A DNA stretch of 64,000 nt, taken from NCBI GenBank assembly GCA_964016885.1, contig OZ024742.1, positions 322,524,001 to 322,588,000 on the forward strand, written 5' to 3'. This document shows, piece by piece, positions 15,501 to 27,744 of this stretch. The position numbers were made by a program, and so were the translations under genes. The stretch comes from Eledone cirrhosa (lineage: Eukaryota). Each line of letters opens with the position of its first letter. The stretch's first letter is position 1. Below the pieces are notes generated by a model, which ran no database searches, was not told the origin of the DNA, and saw only the letters and a program-made list of their open reading frames with translations.

Positions 15501-16130
15501 ACCAAACCCATAGCCTCCATGGATTCCATCATAGCCGTCACAATGTTGTCCAACGTGACCATTTAGGTCGCCAGCAATAATTATATAGTCACTGTCGGTT
15601 ATTTGGGAGGTAGTGAGCATCAGTATCTCATAGAATCTGTCTTTTATAGCGCCAGGCAGTCCGGATTGGGGCGCGTACGCAGATATTACTGTCACAGTAG
15701 TTCTATTTAGAACAAGTCTTATTTTAATTATTCTGTCATTCACTCTATTTACATCTATTATCTTATCCACCCACTTTTCTGCTACCATGATTCCTACTCC
15801 ACCCAGCCCATTGTCATTTCCCACCCAGAAAAGCTTATAGCATCGTTTTTTACCCACAATGAATCTAGCAGACCCACCCCTCCACCTGGTCTCTTGGATA
15901 CAGCAAACATCAACCTCCTTACGTTCAAGCATTTCTACAACCTCGTTAGAGCGGCCTTTTAAGGTGCCTATATTCATGGTACCAACTCTGAAGTTTTGGA
16001 TTGTGTTTGGTGGGTGGGGCGCAGGGAGGGGGGTTGGGGTTATGTTGGCCATCTGCGGCCGAAACAAAGAGGAGGAGGCCTTGCCCTTTCGTCCGGCAGC
16101 ATGAGGTGAATTTGTCGTTATCTATGGCAT
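12590..16130 (-). mobile_element. Near full-length RTE LINE family A (APE + RT + PHD finger, 3' UTR, (GAT)n tail); 5' UTR may extend to about 16380
   Basis: ORFs 15210-16067 (APE), 13584-15074 (RT + finger) and 12950-13525 (C-terminus); frameshifts include a 10-bp tandem duplication at 13576-13595; tail at 12590-12601. Confidence 0.95.
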
Positions 16131-16649
16131 TGTCTTCGAGTGTCCAGATTCTTCAGACTCTCCAGAAATTCCTTAGTCCATCCATCATATCGAAAAGCAA
16201 CCAGAAGTGATAGCATAGGCCGTTGACTTGTGATTGGTCCAAATAATAAAGGTGGACAGTGGGGGTGGGAGGGGTATGGGGTAGTTAGCAAGGAGAAGAT
16301 TATTTAGAACAGTGAGACAGAATTATAGAATAGCAATTATGAAGTAGGATTTGGATTCTGGGCGATTATAGATATATGGATGAATGAACCGAAGGGTGGG
16401 GAGACAAGAACAAAATGTTATTTATACATTACATTTCAGAATTTGTCAACTCTTATTAATGGTCAGTCGACTTCTACGAAATGTATATGTATGTATATGT
16501 ATATATATGTATATATGTATGTATGTATATGTATATATATGTATGTATATATATATGTATATATGTATATATGTATGTATATATGTATGTATATATGTAT
16601 GTATATATGTATGTATATATGTATGTATATATGTATGTATATATGTATG

Positions 16650-16710
<61 letters not shown>

Positions 16711-16714
16711 ATCT

Positions 16715-16796
16715 ACTCGTTCAGCGTATCAGTAGGGGTTCTCCTACATGGATATAAAGTAGTGGCCGTACTCGAAAACGAGTTGGCAGCCACCAT
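16715..16796 (+). mobile_element. Isolated 82-bp RTE 3'-end copy
   Basis: Differs at 2 positions from 17289-17370; flanked by TATG/TA repeats. Confidence 0.85.
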
Positions 16797-16818
16797 GTAT
16801 ATATATATATATATGTAT

Positions 16819-17366
16819 CCCAGTACAACCTGTCCCATGGTCGGGTCATTGGCGACTAAACTGGCAACCCCACCAAGGTTTCTTGGTGAGAAGGGTGACT
16901 TTGGACATCCTGCAGGACTAAAAACAAAACCTGTCAAAGGGCAAAGGAGCTCTTAAGAGTCAATGGCCATCAAAAATCACCGGGAGAGATGACCCCTTAG
17001 CCTTTGTCAAGGCAGAATTCTAGGAGAAGGAAAACCCTGATGGTATCCAATGATGTTGACTTGTTCTTCTTTTATGTAAATATCATCTTGGTTAAGAGAG
17101 TGGGACTGGCTTTGTGCAGTGCCTTTGCTCACTATAAAAGCTTCACGGCACAGGCATTGCTTTATATCTGGAGATCTCTCTGCACTTGTCGTCACATGGT
17201 ACCATGGGCCCAGCACTATGTGGCAATAATTGTTGCAAGTGTAGTGTTTGTACCAGAGTTTTCAAGTCGCTGGCTGGACTAAAAAGTCACTCGTTCAGCG
17301 AATCGGTAGGGGTTCTCCTACATGGATATAAAGTAGTGGCCGTACTCGAAAACGAGTTGGCAGCCA

Positions 17367-17370
<4 letters not shown>
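16819..17370 (+). mobile_element. Short non-autonomous RTE derivative (5' UTR-like part joined to a zinc-finger remnant and 3' end)
   Basis: C2H2 remnant CSVCTRVFKSLAGLKSH (about 17240-17290) and a 3' stem-loop related to the element at 19422-21340; no RT or APE sequence. Confidence 0.65.
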
Positions 17371-17406
<36 letters not shown>

Positions 17407-17495
17407 ACATATATGTATGTATTTGTATGTATGTATATATATATACATATGTGAATGTGTATCTATATATGTGTGTATGTGTATGTATGTATATA

Positions 17496-18791
17496 CGAGG
17501 GGGGATCAAAAAGTTCGGAATTTTATCGTAGTAAGAAAAAAATAGATTAAAACAATATTAAACATGTCAGAACATTGTCACTGGGTGTTTACCTTGCTAT
17601 TAGTCACTTGCAGTCAGTTATGCGTGTACAGTACTGACACTCTTTAAACAACCTCTTTTGGGAACAATGGAAAATAGTTATTTTGAGATAAGATCAAATA
17701 TCAAGTTTCTGGTGAAACTCAAATGGAAAGAGACACAGATTATGGAGCTTTTAGTTAAAGTTTACAGTACTACTGCTCCAAAGAAAACTGCTGTCTACAA
17801 GTGGATTCAGCGATTCAAACAAGGGAGAGACGACCTTGAAGACGACCATCACAGTGGAAGACTAGGAACATCAAAAAATGACCAAAACGTTGAGGCTGCT
17901 CAGACTTTAATTGAAGATCGAAGAATAACAGTTAATCAGTTAGCTAAGTCCCTAGACATTTCATATGGTTCGGCAAATTCAATTCTACACGATAATTTGG
18001 GACTAAGCAAGCTTTCAGCGCGATGGGTCCCAAAAGTGTTGCGCCCTGATCAGCTGATTCTTCGAAGTGATCTGTCTTTGGCGATATTAAACAAAATTGA
18101 AGTTGATGAAGAGCATTTCCTGACCAGAATCATCACCGGAGATGAAACCTGGATCTACCAGTATGATGCTGAATCCAAACAGCAGTCAAAACAGTGGCTT
18201 CCACGTGGATCATCGGGGCCAATCAAGTTCAAATCTCAAAAGTCGGATCAAAAAGTGATGCCCACCATTTTCTGGGATTCAGATGGGGTGATACTAATAG
18301 GTTATCTTGAAGGTCAAAGAACTGTGACAGGAGCTTACTATGCAAATGTTTTAAGGAAGCTGAAAGAGGCTTTAGTCAAGAAACGAAAAGGGAAACTTCA
18401 TGGTGGGATCTTGTCTCACCATGACAATGCACCAGCGCATTCTGCGTGGGTTGCAAAAGAAGTTCTTCGAGAATTTCGATGGGAAGTGCTTCCTCACCCG
18501 CCTTATAGTCCAGATTTAGCCCCATCAGACTTTTTCCTCTTTCCAAAACTCAAAGAAATGCTAAAAGGAACCCGTTTTAGTGGTGTTGAAGAAGCTAAAA
18601 ACACTGCCAACACATGGCTTCGAACAAGGCCTTCAACTTTCTTTAGAGACGGCTTACGAAGCTGGAAGCATCGCCTTGTCAAGTGTATTGACCTGGATAA
18701 CAACTATGTAGAAAAATAAATTGATGGTAAATCATATTTTTTGAAAAATAGAATATTTTCTGAAAAATTCCGAACTTTTTGATCCCCCCTC

Positions 18792-18792
<1 letters not shown>
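17496..18792 (+). mobile_element. Complete mariner transposon (irritans/Hsmar2-like)
   Basis: Perfect 29-bp TIRs cgaggggggatcaaaaagttcggaatttt; TA on both sides. Confidence 0.97.
17667..18719 (+). CDS. Mariner DD34D transposase, uninterrupted 350 aa
   Basis: [21 protein letters not shown] and [10 protein letters not shown] motifs; 34 residues between the second and third Asp. Confidence 0.95.
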   Translation: MENSYFEIRSNIKFLVKLKWKETQIMELLVKVYSTTAPKKTAVYKWIQRFKQGRDDLEDDHHSGRLGTSKNDQNVEAAQTLIEDRRITVNQLAKSLDISYGSANSILHDNLGLSKLSARWVPKVLRPDQLILRSDLSLAILNKIEVDEEHFLTRIITGDETWIYQYDAESKQQSKQWLPRGSSGPIKFKSQKSDQKVMPTIFWDSDGVILIGYLEGQRTVTGAYYANVLRKLKEALVKKRKGKLHGGILSHHDNAPAHSAWVAKEVLREFRWEVLPHPPYSPDLAPSDFFLFPKLKEMLKGTRFSGVEEAKNTANTWLRTRPSTFFRDGLRSWKHRLVKCIDLDNNYVEK

Positions 18793-18825
<33 letters not shown>

Positions 18826-19421
18826 GTGTATGTGTGTATATATATATGTATGTATACATATATGTGTGTATGTATGTATGTATATATATATGTATGTATA
18901 CATATGTATGTATGTATATATATATGTATGTATACATATATATGTGTATGTATATATATATGTATGTATACATATATATGTGTATGTATATATATATGTA
19001 TGTATACACGTGTGTATGTATATATATATGTATGTATACACGTGTATATGTATATATATATATGTATGTATACATATATATGTGTATGTATATATATATG
19101 TATGTATACACGTGTATATATATATGTATGTATACATATATATGTGTATGTATGTATGTATATATGTATGTATACACATGTGTATATGTATATATATATA
19201 TGTATGTATACACATGTGTATGTGTATATGTATGTATATATGTATGTATACACATATGTGTATATGTATATATATATGTATGTATACACATGTGTATGTG
19301 TATATGTATATATATATATGTATGTATACACGTGTATATGTATATATATATATGTATGTATACACATATGTGTATATGTATATGTATATATATATGTATG
19401 TATACATATATGTATGTGTAT
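18793..19421. repeat. (TATG/TACA/TA) compound microsatellite with about 30-36 bp higher-order units
   Basis: Direct reading. Confidence 0.95.
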
Positions 19422-21022
19422 GCTAGACAGCTCCAGGAGAAGTGCATGGAACAAGGCTTGGATCTGTATCAGGTTTTTGTCGATCTGACAAAAGCTTTCG
19501 ATACTGTTAACAGAGATGCATTATGGAAGGTTCTCCAGAAACTTGGTTGCCCTGATATGTTCCTTGCTTTTGTTAGGTCTTTCCATGATGACATGAAGGC
19601 TTGGGTTAATGTCGGAGGTAACATGTCGAAGCCTATCTCAGTAAAAAATGGAGTGAAACGGGGGGGATATTCCAGCACCGACCCTGTTTGCCATATGGTT
19701 TTCTGTATTGCATTCAGGAATTGCGAGCATGGTGTTTACATCCGATATCGAACCTCAGGCTGCATATTTAACATCAAGCATTTTGCTGCGAAGACAAAAG
19801 TATTTACATCAATCATAAGAGACCTCTTGTATGCAGATGATTGCGATCTTGTAGCGCACACAGAGAGTGATATGCAGCACATTTTGAATGTATTTTCTGA
19901 CGCTTGCACTGCCCTAGGTTTGACTGTCAGTCTCAAGAAAACCGTCGTCATGTACCAACCTGCCCCTGGTAAGCAGTACACTGAACCAAACATCTATGTG
20001 TATGGCAAACGACTTGGAGTGGTTGATCAGTTTGTCTACCTGGGAAGCACTGTCAATCGATACAGCAACCTTGACAGTGAAATCTCACTTAGGATTAGGA
20101 AAGCAAGTGATGCTTTCGGAAAGCTAGAAAGGCGACTCTGGGGTTGGCGAGACATATGCAGGAGGACAAAGGTAAAGGTGTACAGGGCATGTGTGCTCTC
20201 TTGTCTTCTTTATGCCTGCGAGACCTGGGTCACATATTGACACCACCTTAAGCAATTGGAGCGTTTCCATCAGATGTGTCTAAGACGGATCCATGGCGTT
20301 CACTGGAGGGACCACATCAGTGATGTCGAGATTTTGGAAAGCTCTATGTGTGACAGTATAGAAGCTCTTGTGCTTAAGCAACGACTCCGTTGGAGTGGTC
20401 ACCTTGCCAGGATGAAGGATTCTAGAATACCAAAACAACTCTTTTATGGAGAGTTGGTTAAAGGAAAACGACCGCCACATAAACCAAAAGAGAGGTATAA
20501 GGATTTCTTGAAAGCCTCTCTGAAAGACGCTAACATCTCTGCTGATACATGGGAAAATATTGCTGCTGATCGTAATAAATGGAGAAAGACTGTATATGAG
20601 GGAAAAGTTGCCTTTGAGGTATCTCGAATCGCATACGAGAAAGTAAAGCGGGATGTGAGGAAGAGCATTGCTGTTGCACTTCCAGACGGCGGAGGGTCCT
20701 CCTATGGTGCTGACATGCAGCGTCTGTGCGAGACTCTGCCTAAGCAAAGCTGAACTCGAAAGTCATCTTTGCAGTCATAAAGTAAGACCAGTGGTTGACT
20801 ACCAGGCTGCTGTTGGAGATGCTACTCATCATGCTTGCCAAACATGTGGTAGAGAATGTAAATCAGCAGGAGGGCTCAAGCGACATGCAAAAGTACACAA
20901 ACTCCAACCACAGCCGACTATTCCCAGTGAATGTTTTGGTTGCCGACTCTGTGCAAGAGATTTTAGATCATTGGCTGGGCTAAAAACCCACATTCGATTG
21001 CAGCGCTGTTAGTTGCTATCGT

Positions 21023-21060
<38 letters not shown>

Positions 21061-21165
21061 GCTTATGTGTGTATGTGTATATATATAAATATATGTATAT
21101 TATTGTTGTTGTTGTCGTTGTTGTTGTTATTATTATTATTAGTTATTAATGTATGTGTGTATGTA

Positions 21166-21196
<31 letters not shown>

Positions 21197-21231
21197 ATGT
21201 GTGTATGTATATATGTATGTATATATGTATA

Positions 21232-21265
<34 letters not shown>

Positions 21266-21340
21266 TTTTTATTATTATTTTTTTTTTTTTTTTCCTCGTG
21301 CAATGGCCATACTCGATAACGAGGGGGCAGCCATCATGTG
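19422..21340 (+). mobile_element. BovB-like RTE LINE, 5'-truncated and degenerate, with three C-terminal C2H2-type fingers
   Basis: [29 protein letters not shown] (about 19830), FVYLGS, RLRWSGHLARM, PKQLFYGEL; fingers in 20716-21012; 3' end 21296-21340 with ATGT tail. Confidence 0.92.
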
Positions 21341-21809
21341 TATGTATGTATACACATATATGTGTATGTATGTATGTATATATGTATGTATACACATGTG
21401 TATGTATGTATATATGTATGTATACATATATGTATGTGTATGTATATATATATGTGTATGTATGTATGTATATATATGTGTGTATGTATGTATGTATATA
21501 TATATATGTGTGTGTATGTATATATATGTGTGTGTATGCATATATATGTGTATGTATATATATATATGTGTATGTATATATATATATGTGTATGTATATA
21601 TATATATATGTATGTATGTATGTATATATGTGTGTGTATGTATGTGTATGTATGTATACATATATATATGTATATGTATGTATACATATATATATGTATA
21701 TGTATGTATACATATATATATGTATATGTATGTATACATATATGTATGTGTATGTATACATATATGTATGTGTATGTATGTATATATATATGTATGTATG
21801 TGTATGTAT

Positions 21810-21945
21810 CTCTCTCTATCTATCTAAGGCGGGTAAAATTCCCGAGATCCATGGACGAGTTCTCTCCAGCGGTCTCTGTCCCTCATTATCGCTGCCATAT
21901 CCTGCATCTCCAACAGACCAGTGTCTGTCCTTAGGGCATCAACAT
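21810..21945 (-). mobile_element. Extreme 3' end of another non-LTR element (RTE-related) with (TAGA)n tail
   Basis: [11 protein letters not shown]...MRDRDRWRELV..* followed directly by tagatagatag. Confidence 0.65.
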
Positions 21946-22186
21946 ATATATATGTATGTATTTGTATGTATACATATATGTATGTATTTGTATGTATATA
22001 TATATATGTATGTATGTATTTGTATGTATATATGTATGTGTATGTATGTATATATATATGTATGTGTATGTATGTATACATATGTGTATGTATGTATATA
22101 TATATGTATGTGTATGTATGTATACATGTATGTATATATATATGTATGTGTATGTATGTATACATATATGTATCTATTTGTATGTA

Positions 22187-22221
<35 letters not shown>

Positions 22222-22519
22222 GTATATATATGTATGTGTATGTATGTGTATGTATGTATACATATATGTATGTATTTATTTGTATGTATGTATATATATG
22301 TGTGTGTGTGTGCATATGTTACAGATAAACACCTCTCAGCCGTTTAAATTTATAGAAAAGCAGTCCCTTGATACTGAAGTATGTTTTGATCTTTCATCAT
22401 TTTGTAATGTTGTTGAAAGTATTGTAAACTTAATCAAGTGTTTCCCATTTTCGAAATCCACCATTACAATGAGGAGTGGCTGTGTGAAAGAGCAATGCCT
22501 TCAAAAACATATAGTGAAT

Positions 22520-22766
22520 GCCATCAACAAAGATCTCTCACTAATGATCCCTGAAGGTAGCCAGACCAATAAATCTATCAACAAAGTTGTCAACGAGGAC
22601 AAAGCTGTTCCCCTTGAATTTCTCAATAGTCTGGAACCATCTGGTATGCTGCCACACAACCTTGAATTGAAGAAGGTAACAGGCATCATGCTTCTAAGAA
22701 ACCTTGGTCAGCCATGATTGTGCAATGAGACATGTATGGTTGTGACTGAACTACAGCCTCACATTA
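22520..22766 (+). pseudogene. Helitron Pif1-like helicase relic, 5' part
   Basis: PLEFLNSLEPSGMLPHNLELK...IMLLRNL..P*LCNET matches the Pif1 2B-region consensus. Confidence 0.85.
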
Positions 22767-24498
22767 CACCGTGTAACATATCTATTGTTCCCTGATTCTA
22801 AGTGTCATTTCCTGGTTTGTTATATCCCATTATTATAAAAAAAACACTTATTTAATCAGAAGTTTGGGTTTGTGGTCAGGAGTTTGATATTTCGAAATTT
22901 TCATATTTTTCAAGAAAAAACACATTTAAAAAAAATTTATCAGTTCATATAATTAAATCAACAGAGTATATATTTATTTTATTATACAAGCTTATCAAAA
23001 GCAAACAAGTAAAAACAAATAACACTTATAAAGCAACTTATACACGTCAGAAATGACTGGATTTCCTGGATTTGCGGTTGTAGTCCAGGTCGCATTCCGG
23101 CACTAGCCCCCAGATATAGTCCCCCATCATTTTTTCATTGTAGGGGCTCTGGTACCTCCGCTCTATCTCTTTCGCATCTTGGTGGAATCGTTCGCCTTGT
23201 TCTTCTGAGTAGGCGCCCATATTGTCCTTGAATTTTTCCAGGTGAGCGTCCAGTATATGGAGTTTAAGCGAAAACTTGCATCCCATGGCGCCAAAAGCCT
23301 TTATCAGATCCTGCACCAATTACTGGTAGTTTTCAGCTCTGTAGTTGCCCAGGAAGCCCTTAACAACTGCTGCCTTGAAATAGTTCCATGCTGTTCTCTC
23401 AATCCTATTGTGCTTATTGGAGAACTCGGTAGACTCAAACACCTTCTTTATCTGAGATCCAACAAAAATTCCACCTTTGATAACTTGGGGAAGAACTCAA
23501 GAAGGTACTTAAAAGCGGCTGATTCTTTGTTGAGAGCCTTCACAAACTGCTTCATCAACCCCAACTTGATGTGCAGTGGTGGCATGAGCACAATCCTGGG
23601 ATCAACCAGTGGCTCCCACATGACGTTCCGGATCCCAACTACAAATTCTGTTCGCTGCTCCTAGTTCTTTCTTTTGTAGTGGTCAGAGGTGGCTCTGCTG
23701 TCCCAAAGGCAGAGGAAGCATTGGAATTTGATAAAGCCTCCTTGGAGTCCAAGCAGGAAAGCCACCATCTTGAAGTCTCCAATGATTTCCCAATTGTACT
23801 GGTTGTATTGCAGAGCTTCCAAGAGGACTTTCACACTGTAGTAATCTTCCTTCAGGCAGACTGAATGAGCTAGGGGCAGTGTCGGCTACTGGTTTCCATT
23901 GTGGAGGAGGACAGCCTTCAAACTTGTGGTGGAGCTGTCTATAAATAGTCGCCACTCCTTGGGCACAAACGGCACCCCAATAACATCAAACAGTCCAGGC
24001 ACGTCGTGGCAGAAGCAGAGGCCATCCCTAAGAGTGTAAAAGCCTGAGAAAGGTTTGTGTCGACTTCTATGACTTGTCACCTGCACTTCCTCCTTGACCA
24101 AGTTCCACTGCTTCATCCTGGAGACAAATGCTTAAAACACAACTTACCCTTTATTCAGGGTATGAAAATCCAGTATCAATAAATCTCTTTAATCCATTTT
24201 TTAACAATTTTATACTTTATTGCACTTTTATAATTTTCTTTAGGTATTACTCTTTATTTTATAATTTTAATTTAACCTGAAACATATATAAAAAAATCAT
24301 TTAACATAAGCAAATTAAACTTACATACAACGTAAAACCCAGCATACAAATAATTCTAGTGAATAGCTTAGAATTTTTACAAACCCAAACTTTTAACTGT
24401 TTAATAGCACTTTTTTTTTATTTATTTGGGACCTGAGCAACACGAAAAAAGTGATTACAAGCCAGGAACAGAGAAAAAAAAATGTTTGTTACACGGTG
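22767..24498 (-). mobile_element. Chapaev3-type (CMC) DNA transposon, internally deleted
   Basis: TIR CACCGTGTAACA/TGTTACACGGTG and 3-bp TTA target duplication; transposase remnants EWRLFIDSS..SLKAVLLHNGN and SLKLHILDAHL...SEEQGERFHQD. Confidence 0.88.
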
Positions 24499-24501
24499 TT
24501 A

Positions 24502-24780
24502 TCAAAGCCAAAATCCTTACTGGATGTGGTAAGGAAGACGCCTAGAATACTGCAAATACCAACAGATGTCCCCTTTCGTTTCAAATGCTTGCATTTCCCT
24601 GTGAAAGTTAGTTACATTATGACCATTAAAAAGTCCCAAGGTCAAACACTGCAGGGTGTTGGTCTCCATCTAGAAGAGGGCTGTTTTTCACAAGGTCAAT
24701 TCTATGTAGGAAGCCCCCACAAATTCTTCATATATGCTCCAAAGAAAAAAATGTTAAAAACATTGTATATACTGAAGTTC
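24502..24780 (+). pseudogene. Helitron Pif1-like helicase relic, 3' part
   Basis: PRILQIPTDVPFRFK.LHFPVKVSYIMTIKKSQGQTL..VGLHL...CFSQGQFYV. Confidence 0.88.
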
Positions 24781-25013
24781 TGTAAATGTTTTATATTATT
24801 CGTAGAATACATTTTTCTATTATTATCTTTATTACTTTCTGTATTTAGATATCCTAAATAGATTTTTAAAATTATGCCATGTAATATTTAAATACTTTTT
24901 AATATCTTTTATTTTAAGGAAAATGGGCATTACGATAGATGACAACAGGTGCCTTATGAATAGATTTGAGCACAGCACAGACTGGGGTGAAGGCTGGGAG
25001 GCCGCTAGTATAA

Positions 25014-25049
<36 letters not shown>

Positions 25050-25319
25050 AATTCCCTTGTTCACAAAACGTTTTTAGTATTGATTTTCTTTTTTGATGCG
25101 TTTTTTTAATCTGGTCTTTTATCATTTAATTCCACATCTTTTCATTTCTCTTTCATTGCTTCATCACATTCTGACTTAAACGAAACTGTCAATAAGAGAA
25201 AGCCATTGATTTTGTCAATTCTTTTTAGTAGTTTGGACATTTTTCAAATTTTTTCCTCTTTTTCTAATATATTGATCATCACATAAGGACATATGGTAGC
25301 ATGATAATGGTTTCTAAAT

Positions 25320-26540
25320 AATAATAATAGTTTCTAATTTAGGCACAAGGCTAGCAATTTTGTGGATTATGGAGGAGGGATAAGGCAACTACACTGACTC
25401 CAATACTTCACTTGTACTTTATTCTATCAATCTTGGAAGGATGAATGGTAAAGTTGAACTCACTGGGATTTGAACCCAGAAATAATAATGTTTTCTGATT
25501 TAGGCACAAGGCCAACAAGTTTGGGGGATGGGTAAGTCAATTAAATCTAGCCTAGTGTGTTGTTAGTACTTTATTTTATCGACCCTGTAAGAATGAAAGG
25601 CAAAGCTAATCTCTGGGGTTTGAACTTGTTACATAAATGGTCATAACTATATGCTGCAAAGCATGTTGTCTGATGCTCTACCGATACTGATAATCCAATG
25701 CTATAATAATAATGATAGATCCTAATTTAGATACAAGTCCAGCAATTTGAGGAGAGGAGGAAAGTTGATTATATTGGCCTCATCATTTGAGTGGTATTTT
25801 ATTTCATCAATACTGAGGAGAATGAAAGGCAAATGGATTTGAAATCAGATTGTAGAGAGCCAGAACAAATACTTACAAACATTTTGTCTCATCCTATCAT
25901 GAGTCTTAATCCACCACCCTGTGTACAGTATCATAATAATGAAGATAATTGTTGAAATAGTGTTGTTGCTCAGCCCCAATGAACCACACTTATAATCAAA
26001 CTTTGCCTTTTTGCCTTTCATCCCCCACTTTGTGGTTGATAAAACAAAGTACCAAACCAGGACTGTTTCAACTCTTTGAGTTTTGTATTCAAATTCTGAT
26101 ATGGCCTTCTTGGGTGGTAGACTTAATCTGTTATCCAATTTAACACCATTACCTTACTCTTGTGTGTCTTTTGCAGAATCTACTCTGTAGTAAGCATTTG
26201 AGCCTGGTCTCAGGTTTGTGGATGTCCCCCTCCTTGCCACTGCCCTTTCCTTACTGATTAGGCTGTAAAATAATGATATATTGATCATTACATGAGGGTA
26301 TTGGTAGCAAAGTAATGATTTCTACTTTAGGCAAAAGGCCAGTACTTTGGGGAGTGGGGAAAACTGATTATATTGACCCTAGTTCTATACTGGTACTTTA
26401 TTTTATTGAACCCTGAAAGATGAAAGGCAAAGGTAAGCTTGGTGGGATTTGAACTCAGTACGTAAAGAGCTAGAGCAAATACTACTATTTGTCTGATGCA
26501 TCAATGATTCTGCCAATCCACTGCCCTGGTAACATAATAA
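25320..26540 (-). mobile_element. Chain of degenerate tRNA-derived SINE copies with (ATT)n tails
   Basis: Repeated motifs ttaggcacaaggccagcaa, gtactttattttatcgaccc..ggatgaaaggcaaagt and B-box-like gatttgaactc at about 25325, 25490, 25715 and 26310. Confidence 0.8.
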
Positions 26541-27140
26541 TGACAGAAACTGTTGGTCTAGAGAAATAGTGTTGTTATTGTTTAGCCCTAGGTCACACTT
26601 AGCAGCATACCTTTCATTCCCCTCTGTCAATAAAATATAGTACCCGTCGAAGGTGGTGAATTGTTAGAGCAGCAGACAGATGCCTTGTGATATTTGTTCT
26701 CGCTCATTCCCAGAGGCCACATTTTTCACAGAAGGCACATTATTTCGAGCATTTGTATCGTATCTCAGGTTTGGAGACACCTTCTTCCTTCCCTCTCACC
26801 AGTCCCAAAGGCTCAGGTTCACAGGCTAAGCAGGAAACCCTAGCCATAATGGTTAGTGTGGGGCTTCAGAGAGGGGTTGAACACATGGATGATAAGAAGA
26901 GAGATGAATAAGTTGGGTACAACTGAGTGAAGGTGAAACAAGACTAGCAAGCTCTGAGGAGTAGAGACCTTTGGAGTAGCAGTAGAAGTGGCAGAGAGTG
27001 AGGAGCTATCATGTCTTTGAACTGGTGGATTTGGCTGCAATTTCTTGTAAGGTAAGAAATCACATAGAAGCTCCAGCTGCAGTCAAGAATCAATAAGAGA
27101 AAAGGTGGCCAACTTAAAAATTGTCAGTTTGGCCAGTTTA

Positions 27141-27380
27141 ACCTTTTTGATATCAAACCATCTGAAACCACCCCAAGTTTTACAATACAAAATTAGTTAC
27201 TTTAAAGTGTTTATATAAAAAACCTTCCATTCTAATTCCATGTAAGACCCTTAAGTTATATTTCAAACACCAGCATAATAATGAGAAGTTATATTACTAA
27301 ATTCCTTCAAAGTTTTGATTACTTAAAAAATTATTTGAAAATAATAGTGTCTTTCATTTGAAATATGTTAATGAAATGGG
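27141..27380 (-). mobile_element. TTAA-flanked MITE family B (old)
   Basis: ttaa-cctttttgatatc...gaaatggg-ttaa; homologous to about 38626-38790, 43845-44298 and 58930-59255. Confidence 0.6.
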
Positions 27381-27621
27381 TTAAAAATTAATTAAAAACA
27401 CCATGATCTGACTTTGACATTTTCAAATGAGCATTTATATGCTAATGAGCTTCTAGTTGACATTAAATTAATTATAGTTGTTATGTATTCAAGGTGCATA
27501 GTTGTTTTCTATGAGATGGTGTGTGGAACGACTCACCTACCTTATGCTGTCTATATTACTGTGTCCTCTCTCCACTAATTTTATAACCATGCCTTGTCAC
27601 TTTATCGCCATATCCTTGTGA

Positions 27622-27735
27622 AGGCATGTGGTCCAGTTGTTAGGGTGTTGGACTCCTGATCATAAGGCTGTCGGTTGGATTTCTGAACCAGATGGTACAT
27701 TGTCTTTTTGAGCAGACACTTCATTTCACATTGCC
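27622..27735 (+). mobile_element. Degenerate tRNA-headed SINE 5' part
   Basis: A-box-like tggtccagttgttag, B-box-like ggttggattt, core ttgagcagacacttcatttcacattgc; related to 50590-50725 (-). Confidence 0.6.
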
Positions 27736-27744
27736 TTTCCTGAT

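Noticed and set aside
16715-17370. LTR/TRIM interpretation of the 82-bp direct repeats
   Set aside because: No TG...CA ends, primer-binding site or polypurine tract; the repeats are RTE 3' termini with tails
18834-20240. 468-aa ORF as a novel fusion protein
   Set aside because: Microsatellite frame runs by chance into a truncated, frameshifted RTE RT
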